DNA of 64,000 nt from Cenococcum geophilum (lineage: Eukaryota). The position numbers and the translations under genes are program-made. The DNA lies in NCBI GenBank assembly GCA_050273025.1, contig CP158635.1:23684001-23748000 (forward strand), written 5' to 3'. Within the stretch, counting starts at the first letter, position 1. Each line of letters begins with the position of its first letter. This document shows positions 22,226 to 36,391 of this stretch, in pieces. The notes under the pieces are model-generated. The model searched no databases and had not been told where the DNA came from. It saw only the letters and a list, made by a program, of their open reading frames with translations.

Positions 22226-25200
22226 TAGGAGGCTATAAGGCTAAGTTACTATTTACCCTCCTTTTCCTTATAAAGTAAATAAGGGGTTGTTCGGTTGCAA
22301 TATGGAGGCCTCAGATTCCATTTCGTAATGTGTTGATTCGGAGTGATTTTGTCTACACAGCCTCAAAATTTTAATGTTCCTCTCACCGCTCGTAAAACGC
22401 CAGAATAGCACGCTAAAATATTGGCAACTTTACCGTATACAGCTTCTGAAATGGAGCCGGCGTCATTTCAATATGGAGCTCGAAGCTCCTGTTACAGCTT
22501 ATAAGAGCTTCGGCTTCCCCCTCCCCAGCGCGCGCAGCGGTACGCACCTAATTTCGCTAAACCTGCAGCTAAATTAGTATGTAGAGCTAGCAGGAAGAGG
22601 TGTAGTATGTGGCCCTGGCTTAGGCCACTAGCCACCTTAAATTTAGAGCTTAAATCTGAAGCTATTCGTGACTTGCCTCCTTACTAAAAGCCGTGATATT
22701 TACTCTAGATTGTGGTGTATTAAAGCTTCTTTCTCTTATTAATATGAGCTCTAAATATACTGCTACTACCTCTAATAGTAGTCCCTCTGGCTGCCTACCT
22801 ATATAACGATTTCGAATATTATTAATACAGCCTTCCTTATTAATTGCCCGCCCACCTACTTTAATATAGAGCTTAAGTATAAGTACGGTAGTAACTCTCC
22901 CACCTGTATATAGTAGCTAAATCGGTATACAGTTTAAGTACCCTTAGTCTATATATAAGGGCCTATATACGTTGCAATAGGCTGCCTTATTTACTATAAG
23001 TAAGCTTAATAAGATCCTAAATAATCCGGCGGCTGCTGAGGAGTATAACAATAAGGAAGTTTAACACTTTTACTACCTATAAGATTATAATGCGGTAAGA
23101 GCTCCTATATAACTTCTATAACTCTCGCAGCTTATAAATATAGGTCCCCTTATATTACTAAGTCAATTATATACTTTGTAAGGGCGCGGAGAGACTTCGG
23201 GGAAGATTCGAAGAAACGATATAAATTCTATCTAAATCTAAGGGTATATAGCTCTCGCTAAGAACAAGACGTTGCGTAAAGAAGAGAAGGGAATAACAAG
23301 AGAATTATATAATTAAATAGTCAGGGGCTTGGTGGTTGATACGTACGTACATACGCACGCGGTTTTCGACGGACTTCGGTAAAATTTAATTAATCTGGCA
23401 GAATTTGGCAGAAGTTAATTAAGCTAGTAGAATTCGGCAGAATTTGGTTAAAGCGTCGGAATTTATTTATTAAGTGTTTTACCGAGACATTCCTACTGTA
23501 ACTAGGCTAGTCCCATTATAGTACCCCCCCTTTTGGCCAAAGGTCCGAATAATTTAAATAATTTAATTTTAGTTAAGACTTATAACTTATTGCATGTTAT
23601 GTTTTTGCGTTGGGTGGCGTTTTTAGCAAAGCAAATCTAACTAATTAGATAACTTTAACCGGCGGTTAAAGTTTTTTAATATCTTACGTGTTACGTGACC
23701 GTCTTATAAACGTTATAATATATTTTAAGTTCTTTTTAAATTTAAGTTTCCTACTATCGCGTTTTGTATATTCGTGTTAGGTGGCAGTTATTTGCCTTTA
23801 TATTATATCTATTTAGCTAGAATAGGCCGCAAAGGATAGTCCTTATAGAATTCTTTTACTAAAAAAGGCGTATCGGCCTTAATCTAGTTATAGGTTTCCT
23901 AGGTTTGTGTTTTATATCCTTTCCACTTAATAAAGTTTAAATCGTTTAAATTATGTTTTCTATTATATATTATTAATTAAGTTAATAAAGTAGGAACTGT
24001 TACCGTTATTAATAATTATAGGAGGTGGCGGCGGGATTTCGCGAGTTATAGGGTTATCTTTTAAAGGTTGCAATAAGCTTACGTAAAATATTAGGTGTAT
24101 TTTTATCTTAGTCGGTAGTTTAAGCTTATAGGTGTATAGGCTTAGTTTTTTCTTAATTTAGTACGGGCCCGCGAACTTCTAATCGAGTTTCTTTAAGGGC
24201 CGTTAAGTCTTTAGGTTTTATATATTTAGGTAGGCTATATTACCTTCCTTAAAGTCCTATATAGGAGCTCGTCCTTTATTTGCATACCATTTCTATAACG
24301 TTTAAGTGTACGTTAATTTACTTTGTAATAGTTCCGTTAACTACTTTATTTAATTGGCGAAGTTATACGCGTTAATTAACTAGATCTGTTTAATTATAGG
24401 TCCTATTATGTTGATTTTAGGTTATAGTTTAAATCTAAGTTAAGGGTTTTGTCCGTAGGTTGCGTAAAATGGCGTTACGCCTATTAATACATTTATTGTA
24501 TTATTCGCAGTAAACTTAGCTAAGGGTAGCCATTTTTCCCAGTTGTCTTATAGGTAGGAGCAGTATATTTATAAGTATTATTCTATAATCGCGTTTATAA
24601 TTTTAGTTTAACTATCTGTTTCTAGGTAAAATACAGTTAAGAGTTATATTTAAATGCTTAACTGTTTATATAGAGCTTGCTAGAAGTCTAAAACAAACTA
24701 GCTTCTATGGTTAGATATTATTAAGTTAGGAAGTCTGTATAGCTTAAAGACGTGCTTAATGAAACATTTAGCTACTAATATTGTATTAATTAAGTCCATG
24801 GGGATTATATGTCATATTTTCGTAAGACGGTTAACTACTACTATAATATTCGTGAATCTGTTACTGCTAGGTAAGTTAACTATAAAGTTAATTAAGATAT
24901 TACGCTATCTTTGTATCGGAATTAGTAGCGGTTAAAGTACTCCTTGCTTCTTTATATAAGAGGTCTTTCCTTATACGTATATTCTGTATGCTTAAACGTA
25001 TTTTTATATATAGTCGTGCATTATAGGCTAGTAATATACTTATTAAACAATCTTATAAGTTTTCGCACGGCTAGGATGTCCTACCATAGGGGAGTTGTAT
25101 ATAAATTTGAGTATTTTAAATTGTAAGGGTTCGGAATTCGGAACTACTATCTTCTATTAATAGTACAATCGATTATTTTAAATTTCGTATTTAGTGAGTG

Positions 25201-25770
25201 TAATATCCTTATGCTGTTGTTTTCTAGTTTAGATCGCCTTTATTACATCTACTATCTATATATTATTCTTATATTTGTATTTTATTAGCTTATTAATTTC
25301 CATTTCCTATTTATTAACTTCCGATTTATTTCTATTAAGTTCCGTATCTAGAAATATAGGATATAGTTTTTTAAAACGTTTAGGGGGCAGTAAAATCCGT
25401 AATTAATTTATAATCCGTTTATCTAAATCGTTTATAGGTAAGTCTTGTAATTATTATATTAATAAGTTAGGCTTCTAATTAAGTTTGCTAGGTTAGTACG
25501 TGATCTTAAAGTTAAATTATAAGAGGTATTTAGCCTAATGAATTTAGCGCTGCGTTAATTGCTTTATAGTTATAAAGTACTACAGGTTTTTATAGTCCGT
25601 TAATACACATTAGAAATAACGATCCCTTAAGTTCTAGACGCTATTATTTAAAGCATCTAATAATTATAAGTAGTTCCTTATTATATATCTTATAGTTTAA
25701 TTTAGTAGGGGTGAGTTTCTAGGAGAGAAAGGCTATTAGGCGTAGCTTGCCATTCTTATTATATTGCGAT

Positions 25771-27106
25771 CGTCAATTCTACATGGGGTCCATGCTTCTA
25801 GAGGTCACGCCTACTATACATAGCAGTTGTCCGGCCAACCATGACGTATGGGTCTAGTATCTGGGCCATTGGAGAATCTGAGAAAGGCCCCCCTAAATCG
25901 CTCCTTAAACCACTTTAAAAGGTCCAAACAGCCTGCCTCCGGAGTATAATAGGCGGATATAAGCGAACGGCCACAGCTCTGCTTAAGAAGGAAGCTAATA
26001 TTCCCCCCCTACAACTATATATTAAAGCCGCTGCAATATAAAGGGCGTAAAAGGAACGTAACTCTAATGTTATAAAGTATATTAAGACACGCCTAAATAA
26101 ACTATAGAGGGACCCTAGGGCGCCTTATAGGAGAACAAACTAACAACCCCAAAGTAGGGAAGATATATTGGAGAAATAGATAAAGAAAGCAGAAGAAGAA
26201 TAGTGCTGCTTTAGGGCCTAGGCCTATATAGAGGAGGAAGGGAGACGCGTAAGAGGCTAGTAAGGACAACAGTAAGAGAGAGAAAGGAGCTAAAGTAGAG
26301 CATAAAAGAACGCCGGGAAACCATCTACTGTAATGCAATACTGGCTGAACTAATGCTAGAGAGGTATATAGGAGTTAAAGGTATAGAGGCTAACTAAGGC
26401 AAGAGAAACCTAAGCCGTAGTATGGTTAACGCTATAGGGGGTAGATACCCTAGGGCTCTAAGAAGGCCTAATAAAGGCAGAAAATATAATGGCAACGCTC
26501 TTAAGAACAGGAATAATAGGACTAAAATACTGGCTCTACTAAGTGGGTATCTTAGTAGGTAGCCTAAGATGCGAATATGGCTAGCCAAGACAGACACTAA
26601 AACATATAATACTATTATGCCCCTTACGCACTAACTAAGAAGTAATACTTTTAGTAGCTAGCATAAAGAACTATAAGACACTGCTCTCGATATAAAAAGG
26701 CCTTAAGGCGGTTACCTAGTGGCTTATTAGCTAAAATATACTAAACCAGTTCTGGGTTATAAAGGAAATAATAATAAAGGGCGGGGGGGCGAGTAATAGG
26801 CGCCCCTTAATGACTCTATAATAGTAGAGTAAAGTATATAATATTAGCGCGTCCGTAGGCTAGTTACGGCAGCAGTGGTTCCCAAAGAGGTTAAAAAGTA
26901 AGGTAGTAGGAGTACTATAGGTAACTCGTAGGCGCCTTATAGGCGCCTTATAGGCGAGTCCTAAGAGGCAGGGAGATGGATCACGGGGTTTTCTCAAGTT
27001 AAGTCTTTCTTAAGTTGAGTTTTCTCCCTATATATAAATAAGGAGTAGTCCGCGTGGGCCCAATAAGGATCCAAATCGGACGTTAAGCAATGAATTATTA
27101 TTATTA
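25771..27106 (+). mobile_element. 5'-truncated Tad1-like LINE inserted in pol of Gypsy A
   Basis: 15-bp TSD TTATTATATTGCGAT at 25756-25770 and 27107-27121. (TTA)n tail. Sequence nearly identical to 42830-44164. Confidence 0.93.
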
Positions 27107-30100
27107 TTATTATATTGCGATAACACTTTTCCTAGTATATAATTAGACGAGTCTGTTTTAACGATGCATTTAAGGTCCGGGTTAAAGTAGGTAAGAATTA
27201 AAGCAGTTATAAAATAATATTTTAGGTCGTTAAAAGCTTGTTTATATTTAGTAGTCTATTTAAATCTTATATTCTTCCTTATTAAGTTTACTAATAGCTA
27301 AACAATTTTTAAGAAGTAATTAATAAAATAATAGTAGAAATTTGTAAATCCTAGAAATCCTTAGATATTTTATATACTACTAGGACTTTCCTAGTTTATA
27401 ATTATAGCAATTTTTTTAGGGTCCATTTTAATTCCGTCGCGGGATATAATTAGGCCTAAGTACGTGACTTTAGACGTATAAAACTTACATTTCTTAATGT
27501 CGCATTATAAGCCCGCGTCTCGCAGGTATTTAAGGACTATTTAGACGTGCTTCTAATGCTTAGAAAGTAAAGACGAATAAATTAAAATATTATTAATATA
27601 CGCGGTAACAAATACATTAAGGAATTTGTAAAGCGTATTGTTAACGTATTACTAAAACGTATTAGGACCGTTCTTTACACTAAACGGTATTACTAGGTAT
27701 TTAAAAAGTCCCTATTGTGTACGGAAAGCCATATACTTTTTATTTCCTTCGCGAACACGGATTTAATTAAAGGCAGCGACTACGTTGAGCTTTATAAAGT
27801 ATTATACTTTTACTAAGCGGTTAAGTGTTTCTTAAAGTAGAGGAATTGGATATTGGTTTTAAATCGTAATTGTATTTAGGGCTTAATAATTAATACAGAA
27901 CCTTAAGCCTCCTTTAGGTTTCTTAATAAATAGTATAGGTAAGGCGAATAGTAATTAATTAGGGCGAATAAATCCTTTCTCTAGGTGCTCTTTAAGGTAT
28001 TATTATATTACTAGTAGCTCTTTTTATGACATACCGTATAACGGGCCAAACTTTAGCGTTATACTAGGTTTAAGTTCTATTTTAAAATTGTACTCGTCTT
28101 AATATAAGGGTAGTTAGTCTACGAATCGTTTCTTAAATATATTAATTAGATTATAATATTCTTTAGGTATAAGAGGTTGGGGGTTAATATATTACTTTAG
28201 TTCTAACGCCTTCTTAATATCTTCTAGTGTTATAGTAAAGATCTTATGGTCTTATTTTCTTGCTAATAAATAAAAGGGTGCGGCTTGTATTATATAAATT
28301 TTAAGGGGTTTTAATATATTATCTTCGCATTCTTTACCGTAATTAGCAGTTGTAACTTTCTTATATTGGTTTAGGGTTCGTAGCAAGGGTAATTTATATT
28401 ATATTAAATTTAAATAGTTGTATATATGTTTATAGGGTAAGTAGTGTTTTAAGCAATAACTTCGGCAGTAGGTTATATAGAATTTTAGTATTTCTTTAAC
28501 CTAGCTAATTAAAGGGTTATATTATTTTAGCTATCCGTATCTAAGTATTACCTTATAATGCTTTAAGGGTGTTATAAATAGGGAAATGTATTTAAGGTAT
28601 TCGCCTATCCGCATCTTTATAAGAGCGTAGTGCGTTAGTTTACTATATATTAAAGGCTTATTATTAAAGCCTTATAGGCCTTAGGGCTTATTAAGTTTCT
28701 TTAAATTTAAGCGTTAAGTTTTTGTGTAGTTTATATTAATAAAGCCTATGCTAGTAGCTCCGCTATTTATAAGGATTTATACTTCCTTCTATTTTCTAAG
28801 TATTTAAATTTTACCGAGTATATTAAGGGAGTTATATTGTATATTAGCGCTAGAAGAGCCTAGATACTTATACTCTTCTACTTCTTATTTTAAGGCGCAA
28901 CTTAGCCCTAGAACGATTCGTTTTCTAAATTAACTAAAGGTAAGATGCTTTATGGCGATTGAGTATAATTCGTAGAATGAGTATAATTTATAAAATAAGT
29001 GCGACTTAAGGACTGAGAGGAGCTATGGCGGACTTTTTTAAAAGGGTAAGTTCGGTAATCCCTTTAAATATATCCTTTTTTTCTATATCCGAAATATTCT
29101 CTATTTACAGCTTATGTTCTTTGTTTGTTGGTTCCTAAAGGTATATAAAATTAAGTGGCGTTAAGGTCTATAGGGTTGTATATAGGGCTTTTAGGTCTTA
29201 GAGACGGATCGCGCTTTAGGGTATATATTAGTTTTGTAAAGTTTTAAATACGAGGTATAGTTAGCTTTAGAAAACAGGTCTGCTTATTATATTGGAGGTC
29301 TTTATTAATTCGTTAATATATTATAGCAAATTTAGGTAAGTCTTTTAGCAGTTCTTTACCTACTAATTATACTCTAACTTTATCCGAGATAGCTTAACAG
29401 AGAGCAGTAACTCTAGCGGCTTTATTCTAATCTAGTTTACTAATAAGGCCTAAAAATTCCGAAAAGAAGCTAGTAAAGTCTTGGTTCCGTTATTATAAAT
29501 TTTTAAGTTTAGTAATAGCTGTGTGTTCGCGGCTAGCGTTATTATATATTCATTCTAGTAGAGAGATAAAGATTTTAAAATTAATAAAGGTGCCGTTATG
29601 GAAGAATGGGTCTATAGTTTATGTAGCGTCTTTACTTAATTAAAACATTCTATAGCTAATCTTGCTAGCTTTAGTAGGGTATTAGTTATAGTTTATTAAA
29701 AGTTTAAGACGGAGCTTAGTTATAAAGGGATATAGGTTATTTTAATTTCTATTAAATATTAGAGGGTTAAAGAGCTTTTTAGATTTCGTGGTAGGTACCG
29801 GGTTTGTTATAGGTATAGGTTAAGCTACCGTTACTAGTTTAGGGTTTATATTTAATAGGTCAGATTCGCATACAGTTATTTTAATTTTATTTATAGGTGT
29901 TGCTATTAGGGTCTCTAACGCGAGTACTTTAGCGTTATAGAGTTCTTTATATATTGCTTTAATCGATTGCTAATGCTAAGCTTTTAGTATAGTTCGTTAC
30001 TAGGCCAAGGCATCCATAAAGAACTATTATATTATTATCATTTGTTCCCTAACTAGGGCTATAATAGTTAACGTAGCGGATTTAAGTTCGTTTACTATTT

Positions 30101-33100
30101 TAAGGGTATTAGTATTAACGCAACGTAGTGTAAGGGCGTAAAGAGACTTTAGGGAAGATTTAAAGAAACAATATAAATTCTATCCAAATCTAAGGGTATA
30201 TAGCTCTCGCAAGACTACTTATATATACAATAGCTTAGATTAAATATCAAAAGAAAAACTGGAGCTCTTGCTGCACCCGGCCCAAAAAAGACCAAAACTA
30301 ACCAAAAGAACCCTGAAAAAACACCCAGAGAATCCCCCTAAGATGCACGCATCGCAGGGGAGGCATACGTCAAACGATGGTGGTTCGCACTCGCGCGCGT
30401 CCACTAGAACCATGCCTAGCAATGGCCCTCTATAATAAGAACAGGCGAATACTACATCATAAAGCGGAAAGACCTTTATTAAGAAGGCATCTAACAAAAT
30501 ATAAAGCCTATTAGACGCGTCTAGTATCCGCAGTTGCGGGGGAGTAACTATTAGCTATAACAAACTAATATAGCTAGTAGAATAGCTTCGCCAGTCTAGC
30601 GAACCTTAGGCGCCCCTCTAGCAAACCCTTAATTAAATCCTTTAACGGCTAAGTAAAATTAAAAATAAATAAAACCCTTTTTTACTAGCGAACCGCACCT
30701 AGGCCGCTATAGCTGCGCTTTTATAATATAGGGAACCCACCCCCCTAAAGACAATATCCGGGTATATAATTATAATATAACTAAATATAGAAAAAGTAGA
30801 GGGGCTTAGGGGATAATTAAAAACAGAAGTCCTTATAGAGATTTATAAAGAGGTCCATAATGCTATTATAGTCCAACACCTTAGGAGCGGAGATATTAAA
30901 GTTACCCTAAGGGACTAATAGGCAAAGGAATAAGCTATAAGGGTAGGGGACAGGCTAGGAGAATGTATTGGCATAAAAGTGCTCCACAAAGATTACCTAG
31001 TTAAAGTTTTAGCGGTTCCCCTAAGCCTTAGGGTAAAAAAGGGACGCTAGGCGGATAATATAGTAACTATATATAAGATAGTAAAATAAACAGAACGCCT
31101 TATACTGTGGGAGGGTACGACCACTCTTAGATAGGAAAGTCACAGTGCTGTCTGTCTGTCGGTCGGTCGGTCGTCAGTCGTAATCAATTAGTAGGAAAGC
31201 AGTCAGTAAGAAGAAAGGAAAGAATGTATTCTCGGTAGGTCGTGATAGAGAAAAGGAGAGAAGCCGAAGGCTTAATATATACAGGAAAATGCCAAGGCAC
31301 TAAGTAGTGGCCCATTTTACCCCACTATATACCTCCCCTATTAAGAACGTTGTCCCCTAACGTTCTATACTATAGAAGAATAGCCAAATAAAAGAACAGC
31401 AAAAGCAGAATAGAAAAAAAGAAAGCATATCCCTAAAAGAACACAGGTAACCTTATCCTCAGCCTTCCTATAGAACTGTTCCACGGCGTCCTTCCGTTAC
31501 CTATAGCTAAGATCCAACCTAGTAACTAGAGCAGTAGTAAACTAGAAATAATAACGGCAGTAGTAACAGTAGTAATAGTAACGGTAATAGAAATAGTAAT
31601 AAAAGTAGACAGTTGGCGCGGTAAGATAAAGCAAAATAGTTAGCGGTAGAACAGTTAGTAATAGAACAATTGGTAAAAGAGCTTGGTCCGTATAATAGGT
31701 AGTAGGACATCTAGTAGCAGAACTTTTAATAGCAGAATACTTAGTAGTAGGACGGTTAGTAGCAGTTAGTTAGTAGTAGTTGGTCGGCGGTAGTCGGTTA
31801 GAATAGTAGCGGTAAAACAGTTAAATCGGTAGAACAAAACGGTAGAATAGCAGCAGTAGAATAGCTAGTCAGAATAACAGTAGTAGTAGCAGTAGTAGTA
31901 AAACAGTTGGTTAGCGGCGGTCGGTTGGAGTAGCGGTCGGTAGAAACTAGAATGGAACAGGTTGGTTGGAATAATTAGGCGTTATAGCAGATCTAGCAAA
32001 TCTAGCAGTAAAATAGATCTAGCAACGGTATAGATCTAGCAACGGTATAGATCTAGAATAGTAGAGACAGAGCAATTGGTTAAGATAGTAAGGACGAAAT
32101 AGCTGGACGGAATAGCGGCAGTAGCGGCGGTGGCAGGATAGTCAATTAAGGTAGCAAAGGCTCTGGATTAACTCGATTGTTCCGCTGCTGTTTAATATTA
32201 AAACTCTACATCTAGCTCTATATTAGTCTATATTATATATAGCTTCTTAGTTAAGGCTCTACCCGTGGCTTTGCACTAGGCCCTGTATCTAGCTGTACGT
32301 CTAGCTATGCGTCTGGCTGTGCATTAATAGCTCTATATTGCATATTCTGCGTCCGTGTCTGCGTCCATATCTGCATATATACGTGTATAGCTGCCTTAAC
32401 TGCTAGCCGAAGACTGTCTAATTGGTCGGCGACAATGGGCTGCAACTAATCGTTCGGTTGTTTAATTAAGGTAGAAAGTCGGCCCAGTTAAAGGCCCTAA
32501 TTATCCTGATTTAAATGCGGAGACAGCGTTTAGCTAATCTAGACTTAATAAGGCCCTGGCTTAACTTAAGGTGTCTTCTGCTATATATACAATTGAGGCT
32601 CTATATCTATAGGTTCGGTATCTACGGATAATTAATTAAGACTCTAGCTGTATAGTTGTTTGGTTAAAGCTCTGCATCCATATAGTTAATTAAGGCTTTT
32701 GGTATCCTCTAGACATCTAATCTAGAGACCTGTCTTAAGACTTCCTTCCTTATAAGTATAAACGGCAGCTTCTAGTAGACCATTTTCGCGGGCCCGTTAC
32801 TTTCCTAGGACGTCTTTTATAGTTGCTTTCTTCCCTTTCTAAGCCGTCCTTACTTAACTCTTTTAGCATATCCTTAGGCTTTTGCGGCTGCTGCTATAGG
32901 CCCTACTGCTAGCAGTACGCTCGCGTATCCTTAATCTTCTTCCAGCTTAAGAACCCTCTTAGGATTATCTTCTGCTTCTAGTCTCTTTATTATTATCCTA
33001 CTAACTCCGCGCTTTATCTGGGTTATCCTTAGTATCTTTAAAGCCATCTAATAACAGCTCCTTAGCTATCGTAACTACCTCCGTTGCATATCCCTTGCCC

Positions 33101-34687
33101 TTATATCTATAATACAGTCCTTTCGTCAAGACGATCCCTAAGAAGTACTATCTCCTACACGTCCAATTCCTGCTCCCCTTGTAATCCTTAACAAAGTCCT
33201 TTACTAGCTTAGCCAGATGCGGCTTAATTCTATCTTCAGTCGCATAAGGATGGCTTGGGTTTATCGTGGTCAGTTATGCCCCGTATACGACCTCTTACAG
33301 AATATCCTTATCTTCTCTTATTACAGTGCCTCTTTATATACTGCTTGTTTTCCAATATTATGCTACTGCCTTTATATAGGTATCTTCCTTACCACAGTGT
33401 CCGTTCTCGTCATGCAGCTGGCGTAGTACTGAATTCGGATAGCAGTGGCAGTCGTGCTGCGATCAGTCGTCGTTTGAATAAGGAATAAGGTCGGCCCGGT
33501 TAAAGGCTCTAATTTGACGACATTCGACTAATTTGATTTAGTGACGGCGACGTACTAACATTAAGGCTCTGGCTTAATCCGATTCCTCGACCAGTCACGG
33601 CTTCTATACAGTCATTTAATTGATTAAGGCTTCCATGCAGTCGTTCGATCAAGGCTCTACGTACAGCTCTACGTCAGGCTCTATATTGTATAATCGGCTC
33701 TATATCTATACAATTAATTAAGGCTCTTAGTGCCGTTCTCGTCATATAGCTAGTGCATTATTGAATTCCAGAGGCGGTGTAGAGTTCTGCCGGCTCTATT
33801 GCTAAATAGACCAATTAGGATTTTCTATCCCCGGGATAGAAAATCGCTATTGGCTCAGTAATAGGCGGTAAGCTAAGCTAACATCTTTACAGCAAGCCGT
33901 CGCGACTAACGCGTCTTAACGCGTTATAATTAAGAAAGTAAACAAGAAAAGGAGCCTTAGGAAATACTGTAACTAAGTAGACAAATAGAAATCTTTTATG
34001 CGGCCATTACCTGCGTCCCCTCCCCCACCTTAGAACTTAACTGTCCCCTAGTCAAACATCCTATACCTGCGGCGGAGCCTGCTTTAGAGCTTGCTGCGGA
34101 GCCTAGTTGTACAGTTGTCTCTAAGGTCGCGGCTAAGGGTTAAATAATCCGTCCATAGGTACCACTTAATAATAGTCTTCCCTAGCTTTAGCTGCCTTAT
34201 CCGTAGGCCGTAACCTAATCTGGATATAATCTCCTGGCCTTATATTATTCTCCTACGGCTTTACAGCTGTCCTAGTTGCACGGCTATCTTTAAGGGTTAG
34301 GCGATTCTAATAGTAGTCCCCCCAGTTTATACTTTTCTCGTCACTAATTTTTAGCGCTGCTCCGTCATAGAAGGCCCGCTACTACGTCTGTTCTTTCTTT
34401 AGTCTATCTAGGTCTACTCCTTAGTACATACGGAGCCAGTTCTTAATGTTTTTTAATTGTCCCTTATTGCCGAGCCACGGTAGTTTAGGTCTAGGTCGGT
34501 CGTATATTCTAGCTACTAGTCTTCCTTAATTAAATAGATATATAAATCCTTACTAAATAAGATCCTTTAAGCCTTAATATTCGTGCTCGGTAAAACGGTA
34601 ACTTCCTCTATATCTAAAACAGGTCCGTTAGCCTTGTCCTTATATACCCCGTGCGTCCCGTTACGGCTATCTAAAGGCGGTAGAACC

Positions 34688-34765
34688 CTGTGGATATTAA
34701 GAGTTCTACGGATATTAAGAGTTCTGCGGATATTAAGAGTCCTATAGATATTAAAAGTCCTATAA
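34688..34765. repeat. 18-bp tandem repeat x4
   Basis: CTRYRGATATTAAGAGTY repeated in tandem; the period is a multiple of 3. Confidence 0.85.
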
Positions 34766-34879
34766 AGGTTAAGTGCTGTTCTGCCAGTCTTCGTATCCTA
34801 GTGCTAGGCCATATCCTTATACTAGGCTTTAAACTGTAGCCTGATTTAATAGCGTTGTAAACCTTTCTAGGTCCGTTTC

Positions 34880-36391
34880 TGTTACGGCACTGATACAGAC
34901 CCTAGTCAGGGGCTCGGCCGAGCCTTGGCGCCATGTATATAGACGTGTCCTTTCCTCGACCTTCTTCCAGACCTCGTCTTGGAATTCTCGTTCACTGGCT
35001 ACCAATAGATTCTTGTTCTTTTGACTGAGCCTTCACATTATTCTAAGACCAACAACAATTCTACCTTGCGACGAACGCGCTGACGCTTGCTTAGGCAAGT
35101 CAAGTGGCAATACGTTCGCTGCAGCCTAGAGGACCGACGACCCGACCGACCCGGTAGACGCTGGCACCGTACTGCCAAGGACCAGACAACCGATCGCGCC
35201 AATACGCCTGCGACCCCACCCGACCGACCGAACAACCGACCGACAGGAGCTATTCCTAGACGATCAAAATAAAGATATGGAAAGATACGCCTACAGCTTA
35301 AGATAGTAAGGGAGAAAGCACATTACGATCCGGACGCGTAGTGTTCCAGTAAGAGCCTGGAAAGGAGTTAGCCGGCCACTCAGAGGAGTGCGAGAACTAG
35401 ACCTAGACCTATCCCTTGCTATAGAGCGCGTAGTGCAGCACATCACGTCCGATCTTGCTCGATTATCTATCTACTACCCGACCGTGCCGATACGCTTATG
35501 GAAGGACCTGACAACGACCGTGCTGATACGCCTACGGAAGACAGACGCTGGCACCGTACTGCTAAGAACAAGAACCAGACGCTGGCACCGTACTGCCACG
35601 GACCAAAGACTAGACGCTAGCACCGTACTGCTACGAACCAGATGATCGTGCCGATACGCCTACGATCTACCGACCGACTGATAGACCGAGCTCCGAATAT
35701 TCGACCTGCTATCACGACCAGACGACCGTGCCGATATGCCTGCGGTTACAAGGCCTACGGACTACCTAACGAGACAATATCTACCCAAATTTTTTTCCTT
35801 TGACCCTTCGCTCTTTCGACCCGGCCGACCCCGGGGGGCCCCCGCGGGGGGGGATATTTGACGGCTCGGGGCGAGCCTTTTCAAAAGGGGGGATAGAGAG
35901 CTAGGAGATAATAGAGTTCTAGGAGGAACGACAAAGAACGGAAGGCTCCTAGCGATACGTATTACTGGCCCGGGCCGGGCTATATGGCGGCGGAACTGCA
36001 GGACTGCCATACGTATCAACCCGACGTTAGGACTAGTGCCGTACGGCCCGACGCTAGCACCGTACTGCTACCGACTTCTACTGCTCTGCCTGCAGCTGAC
36101 TGACCTCTGCTGCTCTACCTGCAGCGACTATTTGGAATAGATCTATGGCTAGGAAGGAAAACTGTAATTTTTTTTCTTGACCGGGGGAACAACTACAAAG
36201 CCTGAGGGCAGGCTTTACTGAAGGGGGGGGTGATGTTACGGCACTGATACAGACCCTAGTCAGGGGCTCGGCCGAGCCTTGGCGCCATGTATATAGACGT
36301 GTCCTTTCCTCGACCTTCTTCCAGACCTCGTCTTGGAATTCTCGTTCACTGGCTACCAATAGATTCTTGTTCTTTTGACTGAGCCTTCACA
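34880..36391 (+). mobile_element. 1.5-kb TRIM-like non-coding LTR element with identical LTRs
   Basis: Identical 158-bp LTRs TGTTAC...TTCACA at 34880-35037 and 36234-36391. TSD GTTTC. PPT AAGGGGGGGG before the 3' LTR. Interior lacks retroviral ORFs and has repeated GACGCTGGCACCGTACTGC and CCGATACGCCT motifs. Confidence 0.95.

Noticed and set aside
22280..23171. Possible hAT-like host element continuing at 60260-60405
   Set aside because: RIPped and ORF-like, and joined by the TACTT TSD, but no transposase motif or matching second TIR could be identified.
26102..26597. Hydrophobic Leu-rich ORFs (also 31519-31710, 43475-43657, 46526-46961, 49723-50158, 61966-62172)
   Set aside because: Antisense or RIP artefacts of TE sequence, not membrane-protein genes.
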